Below are positions 40,465 to 50,800 of a stretch of DNA of 64,000 nucleotides, one piece after another. Numbering within the stretch: the first letter of the stretch is position 1; each line of letters opens with the position of its first letter. The position numbers were made by a program, and so were the translations under genes. The DNA is from an uncultured Verrucomicrobiae bacterium. Its GTDB lineage: Bacteria > Verrucomicrobiota > Verrucomicrobiia > Limisphaerales > DASXHY01. Under the pieces are notes generated by a model. It was given only the letters and a program-made list of their open reading frames with translations. It had not been told where the DNA came from and ran no database searches. The DNA lies in assembly GCA_963699145.1 (NCBI GenBank), contig OY969416.1:453293-517292 (forward strand), read 5' to 3'.

Positions 40465-40597
40465 AAAGCTCCAAATCCCAAGCTCCAAGATCCAGAGAAG
40501 CTCCAAATCTAAAACACCCACCCGGCGGCTTGCTCCGAGCTTTGGTGCTTGGAGCTTGGTGTTTCTCTGGAGCTTGGATGTTGGTGCTTGGAGCTTT
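40465..40597. repeat. Inverted heptamer arrays filling the sufD-sufU spacer
   Basis: aagctcc-type left arm 40465-40518 and ttggagc-type right arm 40541-40597; single-arm copy at 44388-44442. Confidence 0.9.
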
Positions 40598-41952
40598 CAT
40601 TTCTGCTCCGTCACATGCGGATTCGCCTCAATCCGGTCCCACACCAGCTTGTCCAATTCCTCGCGCGCGCCCCGGCATTGGATGCGCTCGATGATTTCAC
40701 CCGCGAACGCATGGATCAACATGCGCCGCGCCGTCTCCATGCTCAGACCGCGGGAACGGAGATAAAAAATCGATTCGTCGTTCAATTGCCCGATCGTCGC
40801 GCCGTGCGTGCATTTCACGTCATCGGCATAGATTTCCAACTGCGGCTTCGTGTCCGCCGTGGCGTCGTCGGAGAGCAAAAGGTTTTTGTTCGTCTGCTTG
40901 GCGTCGGTCTTCTGCGCGATTTGCCGCACCAGAATGCGCCCGTGAAAAACACCCTTCGATTTGTCATCAAGGATGCCGTTGAAATATTCGTGGCTCGCAC
41001 AATGCGGCTGCGCGTGCTCCACGATCATATGATGATCCGCGAGCTGCTCATCCTTCGTGAGATACAAGCCGTTCAAAATGCACTCGAGCCCTTCACCGGC
41101 CAGCTTGGCGCGGATGTTATTGCGCGACAGCTTCGCGCCCATCGCGAACGAATGCACGTTCACGTGGCTGGTGCGGCCAAATTCCCCCTGAATCGTGGCG
41201 ATGTGATACGCCGCCGCGGATTCATCCTGAAATTTCACATGCTCGATACGCGCATTCTCGCCGGCCACAATTTCCGTGACCGCATTGGTGAAATACGCCG
41301 CATTGCCGGAGCTCAAGTAAGTTTCCAACACCGTCGCGCTGCTGTTCGCCTCAGCGATGATCAGGTTGCGCGGATGGATGGTATCCCCGGCTTGTTTCGC
41401 CGTGGAAAGGAACACGAGCTGAATCGGCTCCTCCACCGCGGCACCCTTGGGCAGATAAATAAACGCGCCATCGGAGAAGAACGCCTGGTTCAACGCCGCG
41501 AACGCATTGCCCTCGCCAATCGCGTAACGGCCCAGATGTTTTTCCACCAGCGCCGAATCGTGGGCGAGCGCGGAAACGAGATTCGAAACCTTCGCGCCCG
41601 CCGGCAGCTTGCCGACGGAGGACAATTCCGAGGCGAAATGGCCATTCACGAAAATCAAGCGGCTGCCCCCCAATTTCGTGAACGCCGCGCAGGAAAGGAT
41701 ATCCGAGCCGGACTTATCTTTCGCGCTTTCGAGCATGGGCTTGAAAGGCAGGCTCGCGATCGGAGCCACGTTCGTGAAACGCCAGTCCTCATCCTTGAGC
41801 GTGGGAAAACCCTGCTCGGCAAAGCAGGAAATGCCAGCTTTACGCAGGGGGAAAAGCCATGCGGGCTGGTTCGATTGCTTTTCGAACCGCTCGAAGTTTT
41901 TAAGATACGGGTCGGTGCCGTTCATTGAGCCATTGTCCATCGTCTGAGCCAT
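40597..41952 (-). CDS. sufD: Fe-S assembly protein SufD
   Basis: FPTLKDEDWRFT, AQKTDA.Q.NKNLLLS, KPQLEIYADDVKCTHGAT. Confidence 0.95.
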   Translation of the reverse strand: MAQTMDNGSMNGTDPYLKNFERFEKQSNQPAWLFPLRKAGISCFAEQGFPTLKDEDWRFTNVAPIASLPFKPMLESAKDKSGSDILSCAAFTKLGGSRLIFVNGHFASELSSVGKLPAGAKVSNLVSALAHDSALVEKHLGRYAIGEGNAFAALNQAFFSDGAFIYLPKGAAVEEPIQLVFLSTAKQAGDTIHPRNLIIAEANSSATVLETYLSSGNAAYFTNAVTEIVAGENARIEHVKFQDESAAAYHIATIQGEFGRTSHVNVHSFAMGAKLSRNNIRAKLAGEGLECILNGLYLTKDEQLADHHMIVEHAQPHCASHEYFNGILDDKSKGVFHGRILVRQIAQKTDAKQTNKNLLLSDDATADTKPQLEIYADDVKCTHGATIGQLNDESIFYLRSRGLSMETARRMLIHAFAGEIIERIQCRGAREELDKLVWDRIEANPHVTEQK

Positions 41953-42044
41953 AAATTGAAAAATCGAAATCACGCGAATTGGGCCGCGTCAAGCCACCTA
42001 GTGTTCCATGACCGGGGGTGGAGCGCAAGTACGCGTAGGGCGCC

Positions 42045-42413
42045 GGGTGCGACAGAAAGTGAGGGTCATTTGACGGCAACTTCGGCTCCGTCTCCCTCTC
42101 CGCGCGCAGCGCGCCACACGGACGACACCAACGGTGTCGAAGCACTTAGCCCAGGGTTGGCCGAGTCGGCGAGGCCTACCCTGGGTACCCGGTCGTTGCG
42201 ACCCATCCATCTCGCGCGCAGCGCGGCGAACGCAGTGAGCGTATCGGGCCATGCGATCAATCGAAAACCCAAATTTCCCGCCCGCGCAGCAGCGGGCGGA
42301 ACTTCTGCCCACCACGGTGGCAATCACGCCCCACGTTGCGCTGCTGAACCCAGCGCCAACGGCGCAAGCGCGCCGTCCCTACCCTGTCATGACCCTCAGC
42401 TTCTGTCACACCC
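42045..42413. repeat. Pair of 25-bp inverted repeats enclosing a REP-like hairpin
   Basis: Reverse complement of 42045-42069 (atgaccctcactttctgtcgcaccc) vs 42389-42413 (atgaccctcagcttctgtcacaccc), 22/25 identical. Confidence 0.75.
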
Positions 42414-42492
42414 TGGGGCGACTTTTAGTGAGCGGCGGACTCCGTAGTTGCACGATATTGACGGCCAAACGAGGTTGAAGCAAAATCGCGGC

Positions 42493-43833
42493 ATGGCCCC
42501 CGACGGAAAACCAAAATCCGCGCTTTTGCTTTGTATTCAGGGTCCCGACGCCGGCAAGCGTATCTCGGTCTCGGAACAGCCAGCCACCATTGGCCGGACG
42601 AGTGCGTGCGAAATTGCGAGCGACGATCCGGAAGTGGGTCAACAGCATCTGACGCTTCTACTCGAAGGCGAAAAAGTAACCTTCAACACTTCACCAGACT
42701 GCCTGACGTTCCTGGATGGACAGCGTCTTGCCAAGGGAAACATCAACCCGGGGCAACAATTGCGCATTGGCCGGTCGCTCTGGCAAATCCAGGCTGGCGC
42801 CGCCGCTGAGGTGGCCGGCGCCAAAGGGGATCTCTATTCGTTTCTCGGCGGACTGGGAGATCGGATCAGCGAAGTGGCCGGAGGTGAGAAAATCGAAGGA
42901 TTCAAGATTTCAGAGATGTTTTCCGAAATCTGGCGTAAACGCACGGATGAAGACATGGAGAGCTATTTCGCGGTCGGCACGCCGTGCAACACGCCCAAAC
43001 TCACGGAGGTCGACCCGAGCTGGCCAAAACCCTGGTTTTTCTTTAAGACGTTCATTCTGGCCGTTTTCGTTTATTGGGCATTCGTCTTCGCCTATGACCA
43101 GTTTAAGAATGACAACCTTCTGCCCGGCCTGTTGGTCATGGGCTCTTTCGTGATGCCAACGACGTTGCTGATTCTGTTTTTCGAAATCAACGTCTTGCGC
43201 AATGTGCCACTCTATCAGGTTCTGAAACTGGCCCTTCTGGGTGGCATTCTATCGCTGATTCTTTCCCTGTTTCTTTATCAATGGACCAAGCTGGGCGGCA
43301 CCGACAACTGGTTCGGGGCGCTGGGCGTCGGACTGGTGGAAGAAACCGGCAAGGCCGCCGCCCTGTTGCTGGTTTTGAATAAATTAAAATATCGATGGAT
43401 CCTCAATGGCATGCTGTTCGGGGCCGCCATCGGGGCGGGTTTCGCCGGTTTCGAGTCCGCGGGCTACGCCTATCGTTACGGGCTGGACGTGATAACCACC
43501 CGCGGCGCGCTGGCGATTTGCGGCGGCCACGTCCTGTGGACCGCCCTGGTCGGCGGGGCTTTATGGCGCGTGCGGGGAGATCAGAAATTTGAGTGGCGAA
43601 TGTTGTCGGACCCTCGCTTCCTGCGAGTCTTCGGTTTGGCGGTGGCCATGCACATGGTTTGGGATTCTCCATTGGATCTACCCCTCCACCTGAAAAGCAT
43701 CGCGCTCGGCTTCGTAGTTTGGGTCGCGTTGCTGAGTTACATCCAGACCGGACTGCGCCAGATTCGCGCCGCGCAAACCGCCGGCGCCACCGAATTCTTC
43801 AAACGCGAGAAGGAATTGCTGGCACAGGCATAG
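42493..43833 (+). CDS. FHA-domain PrsW-family intramembrane glutamic protease
   Basis: FHA-like TIGR...D..V...H; PrsW motifs VEETGK, GFAGFES, GHVLWT, MHMVWD; multiple TM helices. Confidence 0.85.
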   Translation: MAPDGKPKSALLLCIQGPDAGKRISVSEQPATIGRTSACEIASDDPEVGQQHLTLLLEGEKVTFNTSPDCLTFLDGQRLAKGNINPGQQLRIGRSLWQIQAGAAAEVAGAKGDLYSFLGGLGDRISEVAGGEKIEGFKISEMFSEIWRKRTDEDMESYFAVGTPCNTPKLTEVDPSWPKPWFFFKTFILAVFVYWAFVFAYDQFKNDNLLPGLLVMGSFVMPTTLLILFFEINVLRNVPLYQVLKLALLGGILSLILSLFLYQWTKLGGTDNWFGALGVGLVEETGKAAALLLVLNKLKYRWILNGMLFGAAIGAGFAGFESAGYAYRYGLDVITTRGALAICGGHVLWTALVGGALWRVRGDQKFEWRMLSDPRFLRVFGLAVAMHMVWDSPLDLPLHLKSIALGFVVWVALLSYIQTGLRQIRAAQTAGATEFFKREKELLAQA

Positions 43834-43859
43834 GCGACGACGTTTTCCCATCCATTCTC

Positions 43860-44004
43860 AAGCCCTGTAAGGGCGGCACATGATAGCCCAGGGCAAGGCT
43901 GCGCAGCAGCCGCCGCCCTGGGTAACGAACCAAATATGACTCTGCTTTTTTCGTCATTCGCCCCCGGTAGAGGCGAATGACGAAAAAAGCAAACGGTCGA
44001 CGCG
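43860..44004. repeat. ~140-bp composite hairpin element, copy 2 (inverted relative to 19553-19693)
   Basis: Reverse complement aligns with 19553-19693 along its length. Confidence 0.85.
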
Positions 44005-44503
44005 ACCTGACCTAAAACAACAATCCGGATCTTTGCCCCGAAGCGCCCGAAGACATTTGACACCCATGGTATAAACATTGCCCTGGAAGGAGGGCAGAAG
44101 GGACAAATGGAAATGGACACGTCAGCCGAAGCCGGGTGCCTCCGGGCAACCCGAAACTCAGTCCTGCTCCCATCCGAGGTGCCAGCCTATTCCAACCCTT
44201 GCCACCGGGTGCAGCCGGTCCCGCTATCAACCATCAACTCTCAACCATCAACCAATCGCAACTCGCAACTTGTTATGATTCAACGTCCATCGTGCCCGAT
44301 CGTGCCGGATCGTAGTGGCGGAGGAAAGGCACGACCGGCATCCGCAACCCGAGGTCAGTTCCAAACCACACCACCCCCGTCGGTTCATTGGAATTTGGAC
44401 CTTGGAACTTCTCTGGAGCTTGGAGCTTGGGATTTGGAGCTTCGCAACCGAACTTTCAAACGCCTTGCGTTCACTTGAGACTCGGGCACAGTGTATCACC
44501 TTT

Positions 44504-45547
44504 ATGCCGACAGAAGATGACATTAAAAACGCGTTGAAAGCGGTCAAATACCCAGGCTTTTCGCGCGATATCGTTTCGTTTGGCCTGATCAAAGAGATTT
44601 CCTCCAGCAATGGCGCGGTGACCGTCTCCATGGAATTGACCGGCACTCCGGAAGCCGCCCAGCAAGTCAAAACCGAGAGCGAACGGGTATTGAAGAATTT
44701 GCCCGGCGTGAGCGCGGCCTTTGTGCAAATCAAACAAAAAGCCGGCGGACCCTCCGCAGGTGGCGGCCAATCTCCGTGGGCAAATCAAAACAAAGTCCCG
44801 GGCATCCGCCGCATCATCGCCATCGCCAGCGGCAAGGGCGGCGTGGGCAAATCAACCTGCTCCGTCAACCTCGCCTGCGCGTTGACCTACCTCGGCCATC
44901 GCGTCGGCATATTGGACTGCGATATCTACGGCCCGAGCATCCCGCTGATGATGGGCGTTCACGAAAAACCGACCATCAGCGCCGACGAAAAGCTGGTCCC
45001 GCCCTCGAATTATGGCGTCAAACTGATGAGCATGGGCTTCCTGCTCGAGGACGATCAACCGGTGATTTGGCGCGGGCCGATGATTCAAAAGACCATCCAG
45101 CAGTTCGTCATGGCCGTCGATTGGGGCGAGCTCGATTTCCTCCTCGTCGATTTGCCGCCCGGCACCGGCGATGCCCAACTCTCCTTGTGCCAAATCGTAC
45201 CGTTGGATGGCGGGGTCATCATTACCACGCCGCAGGAAGCGTCGCTGGGCGTGGTGCGCAAAGGAATTGCCATGTTCGAGAAAGTGAACGTGCCGATTCT
45301 CGGCATCGTGGAGAACATGAGCTATTTCACCACGCCGAACGGCGAGCGGGTGGAGATTTTTGGCCACGGCGGCGGCCGGCACGAAGCCGCGCGGAAGGAT
45401 GTTCCCTTCCTCGGCGAGGTGCCGATCTTCATCGAAATCCGGGAGGGCGGGGACGCCGGACACCCCGTTGTTGTGTCCTCCCCGAACAAACCCTCGGGGC
45501 AGGCATTTATTCACATTGCCGAGGCGCTCAAGCAACGATTCCGTTAA
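44504..45547 (+). CDS. mrp: Mrp/NBP35 (ApbC) Fe-S carrier ATPase
   Basis: IASGKGGVGKST, DCDIYGPS, VIWRGPM, VDLPPGTGD, GIVENMS. Confidence 0.93.
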   Translation: MPTEDDIKNALKAVKYPGFSRDIVSFGLIKEISSSNGAVTVSMELTGTPEAAQQVKTESERVLKNLPGVSAAFVQIKQKAGGPSAGGGQSPWANQNKVPGIRRIIAIASGKGGVGKSTCSVNLACALTYLGHRVGILDCDIYGPSIPLMMGVHEKPTISADEKLVPPSNYGVKLMSMGFLLEDDQPVIWRGPMIQKTIQQFVMAVDWGELDFLLVDLPPGTGDAQLSLCQIVPLDGGVIITTPQEASLGVVRKGIAMFEKVNVPILGIVENMSYFTTPNGERVEIFGHGGGRHEAARKDVPFLGEVPIFIEIREGGDAGHPVVVSSPNKPSGQAFIHIAEALKQRFR

Positions 45548-45726
45548 AACCCCCGTCAATACCCCCCTTTCGGGGGGTTGCACCCCAGCGAATATAATGT
45601 AAATTGCCCGTGAAAAGTGTGAGAATAACATGATGATAACATCTCACAAACCGTTGCAATTAAAGGTTGTCACCGACGGCAACCCTGTCTAGACTTTCAT
45701 TCCACCAAGACACTTTCGGTCTGACT

Positions 45727-45948
45727 ATGCCTAACGATGCTAAAGAGCCAGTTCAGCCAAACGACCTGCTGAAGAATTCTTCGCTTTACCGCGAATTTCA
45801 GGCCGAGCGCGAAGAGATTTTACGGCACAAATGGATCGAATCCGAGAAGGCCGGCCGCGACATCGGTTTCGAGCGAGCCCTGACCGATTGGATCATTAAG
45901 CACCGGTCCAAATGGCGCAAGGCCCGGCAGCCGGTTGGTAGTCATTAA
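45727..45948 (+). CDS. Small DUF4032-like protein
   Basis: SSLYREFQAEREEILRHKWIESEKAGRDIGFERAL.DW. Confidence 0.75.
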   Translation: MPNDAKEPVQPNDLLKNSSLYREFQAEREEILRHKWIESEKAGRDIGFERALTDWIIKHRSKWRKARQPVGSH

Positions 45949-45972
45949 CTGAATTTTTAAGCCGGTAAACGC

Positions 45973-46066
45973 TCCTTTAACGCAACCCCGCGAGGTTGCG
46001 AAGGAATGATGAAAACTGAATTTATAGCCACGAACAACCCCGCCCGGGTTTGTTCGTTTTTTATTT
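45973..46066 (+). promoter_or_regulatory. PyrR-binding loop and attenuator terminator in the pyrR leader
   Basis: tcctttaa-cgcaacc-ccgcga-ggttgcg-aagga (PyrR stem-loop pattern), then terminator acgaacaaccc..gggtttgttcgt-ttttta at 46030-46066. Confidence 0.85.
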
Positions 46067-46114
46067 TCGGTATGGGCCTTCACCCCTCGACCCTCGACCC
46101 CCTCACCTCCTTCG

Positions 46115-46642
46115 ATGCCTGACCCCGCCATCATCCTGAACGCCCAGGCGACGCAACGTGCGCTCACGCGCATCGCGCACGAAATCGCCGAGCGCAACGA
46201 AACCAGCAACGAAATCGTGCTGGTGGGCATCCAACGCGGCGGCATCCCGCTCGCGACCAAGCTCGGCGAACTCCTCGCCGACATCTGGAAACACCCGGTG
46301 CCGACCGGCCAATTGGACGTCTCCATGCATCGCGACGACCTCGGCCAGCGCGCCGCTCCCGACGTGAAGCCCACCGTCATCCCGTTCGATATCACCGGCA
46401 AGACGGTCGTGCTCGTGGACGACGTGCTGTTCAGCGGCCGCACGATTCGCGCCGCCCTGGATGCGTTGAACGATTTCGGCCGGCCCAAACGCATTCAACT
46501 TGCCGTCTTGATCGACCGCGGCCATCGCGAACTGCCGATCAAGGCTGACTTCGTTGGCAAGAATGTCCCGACCTCGCTCGATGAAAAAATTTCCGTGCGT
46601 GGCAATGAAGTGCTTTTGGAGAAAGGAGGAGCAGCTAAATGA
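46115..46642 (+). CDS. pyrR: Pyrimidine operon attenuation protein / uracil PRTase PyrR
   Basis: [48 protein letters not shown]. Confidence 0.96.
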   Translation: MPDPAIILNAQATQRALTRIAHEIAERNETSNEIVLVGIQRGGIPLATKLGELLADIWKHPVPTGQLDVSMHRDDLGQRAAPDVKPTVIPFDITGKTVVLVDDVLFSGRTIRAALDALNDFGRPKRIQLAVLIDRGHRELPIKADFVGKNVPTSLDEKISVRGNEVLLEKGGAAK

Positions 46643-46769
46643 GTTCTGCTGGTTAAATAAGTAATTCGTTAAATGGGTTAAATGAGTATTCGGCTCCCGT
46701 GTGTTCAAACTTATCTAACTGATTTAACCAATCACTTATTTAACTCATTTCAAGAATTACTCATTTAAC
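46634..46769. repeat. Inverted AT-rich nonamer arrays in the pyrR-pyrB spacer
   Basis: gttaaatga-type units facing tcatttaac-type units; same family at 61455-61546. Confidence 0.8.
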
Positions 46770-46778
46770 TGACACCCC

Positions 46779-47720
46779 ATGCCCTGGACCCGCAAACATC
46801 TGCTCGACATCGAATCGCTCACGGCGGAGGAAATCTCGACCGTGCTCGACACCGCGCGCGCGTTCAAGGCCGTCGGCGAGCGCGCCATCAAAAAAGTTCC
46901 CGCGCTGCGCGGCAAAACCGTGGTGAACCTCTTCGTCGAGCCTTCCACCCGCACGCGCATCAGTTTCGAATTGGCCGAACAACGGCTCTCGGCGGATGTG
47001 ATTAATTTTTCCACGGAAGCGTCTTCGTTCAAGAAAGGCGAAACGCTCAAGGACACCGCGCTGAACCTGCAGGCGTTGAACGCGGATTTCATCGTCATTC
47101 GCCACAGCGCCTCCGGCGCGTCCCATTTTCTTTCGCGCGTGCTCGACGCGAGCGTCATCAATGCCGGCGACGGCGCGCACGAGCATCCCACGCAGGCGTT
47201 ACTGGACGCGTTCACCATCCGCGAGCGGAAGGGAAAGATTGAAGGGCTGAACGTCACGATTCTCGGCGATATTCTTTACAGCCGCGTGGCGCGCTCGAAT
47301 ATTTGGGCGCTGACCAAACTCGGCGCGAAGGTCACGCTCTGCGGGCCATCCACCCTGGTGCCGCGCGTGTTCGAGCAGATGGGTTGCCGCGTCACCTACA
47401 ACGTGGAAGAGGCGATTCGCGATGCGGATATCATCAATCTCCTGCGCATCCAGCACGAGCGCCAGCGCAAGACGATGTTCCCGAGCATCAACGAATACAC
47501 CACGCTCTTCGGCCTCAACAAGGCGCGCCTCGAGAAAACCAAACCCGACGCGCTTATCATGCATCCGGGTCCCATCAATCGCGGCGTGGAGATCGACAGC
47601 GAAATCGCGGACGGCGATCGCTCCTTGATTCTGGACCAGGTCACCAACGGCCTCGCGGTCCGCATGGCCGTGTTATTCCTCGTCAATGGCGGCAAAGGCC
47701 CGCAGGAAATCGCCGCGTAG
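46779..47720 (+). CDS. pyrB: Aspartate carbamoyltransferase catalytic subunit
   Basis: [38 protein letters not shown]. Confidence 0.97.
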   Translation: MPWTRKHLLDIESLTAEEISTVLDTARAFKAVGERAIKKVPALRGKTVVNLFVEPSTRTRISFELAEQRLSADVINFSTEASSFKKGETLKDTALNLQALNADFIVIRHSASGASHFLSRVLDASVINAGDGAHEHPTQALLDAFTIRERKGKIEGLNVTILGDILYSRVARSNIWALTKLGAKVTLCGPSTLVPRVFEQMGCRVTYNVEEAIRDADIINLLRIQHERQRKTMFPSINEYTTLFGLNKARLEKTKPDALIMHPGPINRGVEIDSEIADGDRSLILDQVTNGLAVRMAVLFLVNGGKGPQEIAA

Positions 47721-47737
47721 CCCACGCTAATTTAATT

Positions 47738-47839
47738 AACCGCAAAGAACGCAGAGAACACAAAGAAAATTCCTCTTTGCGATCTCTGCGTTCTTTGCGG
47801 TGAAAAAGTTCATCACACGGGCAAGATGCCCGTGCCACT
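47738..47839. repeat. Palindromic 9-bp-period element (47738-47801) plus REP arm (47816-47839) between convergent genes
   Basis: First part is an inverted near-copy of 3303-3369; second part cacgggcaagatgcccgtgccact matches the copA insertion. Confidence 0.88.
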
Positions 47840-47841
47840 AT

Positions 47842-50800
47842 TCACTTCTCCGGCACATCAATCACATCCCCATCGCGCAGCCAGAGATCGGCCTGAGTGG
47901 GATTCGTGCAATCAATGGTCCACTCCATTTTCTTTTTTGTTTCCGGATCGATGCGCGTGACTTTCACGCGGGACAAATCGGAGGAGACGCGGACCAATTT
48001 TGAATTATCCAGCACCGAGCGAAGCATGAAGGAGGCGTGTGCAACTTCAAGCCTATCATTCTCTGCGGGAGTGGAGGTGGATTGTACCGTAAATTCGGGC
48101 TTGAGTTGCAATGTCGTACGAACGCCCTTTACCGTAACGGTCACCTGCCGAGCGAGGCAGTTCGTCAAAGCCGTTACTGTTGGATTCATTAATCCCGGCC
48201 AATGCTGATCCACCGGATGATCCGACTCAGGGATTTCAACGACATCGCCCCATTCCAGCCACATATCCCGCGAACAGTCGCCGCTGTTTAGGATATCCTC
48301 CACATTGACGTCGATGGCCTTTTGCTTGGCTGATGCCTCCGTGCGCCGGTAAATGATGACGTTCTTAAAATCCGGAAAGTGCAAATCTTTGGCCCATTGA
48401 AGCTCTCGAATAGCCCCGTATCTGTCCCATTCACCGGCCACGTTCTGGCTAAGCAGGCCGTACTCGCCGGCAACCAATTCCAGCAGACTGTAACGATTCC
48501 AGCCATGTGAATCTTTGGTGAAGACCATCATCCCTCCCGTCGAAGCCCGCCGCACTTCGATACGATTGCGTTTGGGCAGATTCGCCAGGCCGCCTGCTTG
48601 TATCAGGAGATCAGCGATGTCCTTCTCGTATGCGCGATTGACGCCAATCCCCGCAGAATTCGCAGTCCACAATCCACCTTCGACAACGCCGTTGATTGAA
48701 CCGCTTTTGGCAAGGTCGAGGGGGGTGTAGCCGGCGTTATTTTGAATGTTCGGATTGGCTTTGTACTCGAGCAACACGGCAACTGCCCCGAGTTGGGCGC
48801 TAATCGTCCGGTGATGCAGGGCGGTGTTTCCGTTGGTATCCTGCAAGTCGGGTTTAGCGCCGGCTTCGAGGAGAAACCGGACATAATTTGTCTCGTAGCC
48901 AGTCATGAGAGGGGTCAATTGACCTTGGAAGCGGGCGTTCACATTCGCTTTGTGGCCAACGAGCCAGCGCCCAACTTCGGGATCAGAAGTGCGGGTTAAA
49001 GGAATATATCCATCTTTGTCTTTCGCACTCGCATCCGCGCCCTTGTCCAATAGCAACCGGACGATCCTTTTGTCTCTTCCTGCCGTTAAAACCTTGCTCA
49101 ACGGCGGACTCCCGTCTCGATCCGGGCTATTGGGATCGGCTCCGTGTTCGAGCAACGTCTGGACGGCGTCGACGCGATTATGCTGGATGGCGGTGAATAG
49201 CGGGACCTCATACTGCCAGTCGCGGTTCGGGTTGGCGCCGCTATCGAGCAACAATTTCACGATGTCATCGTTGCCCTTCCAGATCGCAAAAAGAATCGGC
49301 AGCGATCGCTTCCATTGGTTTTGATCAAAAGGGTCCGGGCCCCTGCCTTCACGGTTAGGATCGGCCTTGTGCTGACACAGCACGCGCGTCGCGCTGGTCC
49401 TGTCGTTCGCCACCGCGAGCATCAATGGAGTCGTGTCCTCGCTGTTTGTAGGATCCACGGTGGCACCGGAGTCCAGTAAAAGGTAGGTCATCTCCGCCTT
49501 GCCCGCCCGCGCCGCCTCGTGCAAAGGCGTATTTCCGGAACGATCTTTTGCGTTAATGTCCGCCTTCGAAGCAAGCAACAATTTGGCAGCGTTCGTATTG
49601 TTTTCCCCGGCCGCAATTTCCAGCGCGGTCCAAGTGTTGGCGTTTCGGGCATTCACCTCAGCGCCATGCTGGATCAGCAGCTTGAGGAGTTCGGTCTGGC
49701 CGTTCTCCACCGCCGCAATCACAGGCCCGCCGACAGACGGCGAATTCACATCCGCCTTATTCGCCAGCAACACCTCGGCGACCGCCATGTAACCGTTCTG
49801 AACCGCCTCAATGAGAGGATTGACGCCGCCACGACCGTTCACATCTGCACCGCGCGAGAGCAACAACTCCACCATGGCTTTGTGGCCGTTCTTCGCCGCC
49901 GCTGACAATGCCACATAAAAATGATTGCGGGTGGAGGCATTCACGTCCGCACCATGATCGAGCAGATATTTCGCCACTACCATCTGGCCTTTAGTCGCAG
50001 CAACGATCAACGGCGTGTTGCCGTCGCCATCCGGCGCATTAATCAAATCCGGGCTGTTTTGGATCATGAGCTGTATCCGCCGGATTTCCTGCTGCTCCTC
50101 GTCGGTCGTTACCGGATTCCCGCCTTCCGCCGCGACGCCTTGCGAGGCCTGCAGTTTCTCTTCGAGCAAAGCCAGACTCGCATTTTCCGCATCGATTCTT
50201 TTCTTCAAATCAACGACACGGGCATTGGTCGGGAGAAACATTTTCGAAAGTTCCTGCAGATCCCCTAGGTCGCTGGCGATTTGCTCGCGGGTCCGCTCAA
50301 TTTGCAAGCGTAACAAGGCGTCGCTTAAAGTCGCCGGCCCATTGCCTCCGCCTGACGCCGATTGCTCCGTTTCGAGTGTGAGCGCGCGCGACATTCCGTC
50401 CAGCCGCTCTTTGATTTTATCCTGCAACGCGGCTTGAATGGCTTTTTCTTTTTTGACTTCCGCTTGCTCCTCGCCATGATCGACTCGCAGCCGAATCAGG
50501 TCGAGTTCGCCCTGGTTATACTGATAAATGAGATTGATGAGCGTGGCGTCCGTTAAGACCGTGGGAGCCACCTGCCTGACCTCGCTGAGCGGCATCGCCT
50601 GAAGTTTTTTCACCCATTCCAACTGCCGCACCTGCTCGGACACGATTGGATTCGACGCCGCTACCGCTGCCCCGCCACCCAACCCCGCCAGATTTTGCCG
50701 GCTCAACGTCACCAGCGTGTCCTGGTCGCTGAACTCTTTAATGATGCGTTGATACTCGGCCGATGCCTCGTTGGTCTTGTTGAGTTTGCGATAGCATTCG

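Noticed and set aside
40465-40597. Periodic arrays as CRISPR or as simple intrinsic terminators
   Set aside because: No unique spacers, no U-tract, and they lie inside co-oriented operons
44057-44075. TTGACA...TATAAA as a consensus sigma70 promoter
   Set aside because: The spacer is 7 nt, not ~17; only the extended -10 reading was kept, tentatively
44315-44503. N-terminal extension of the Mrp ORF (and of sufU at 40458-40481)
   Set aside because: These are translations of heptamer repeats (LELGIWSF); family similarity begins at the downstream ATG
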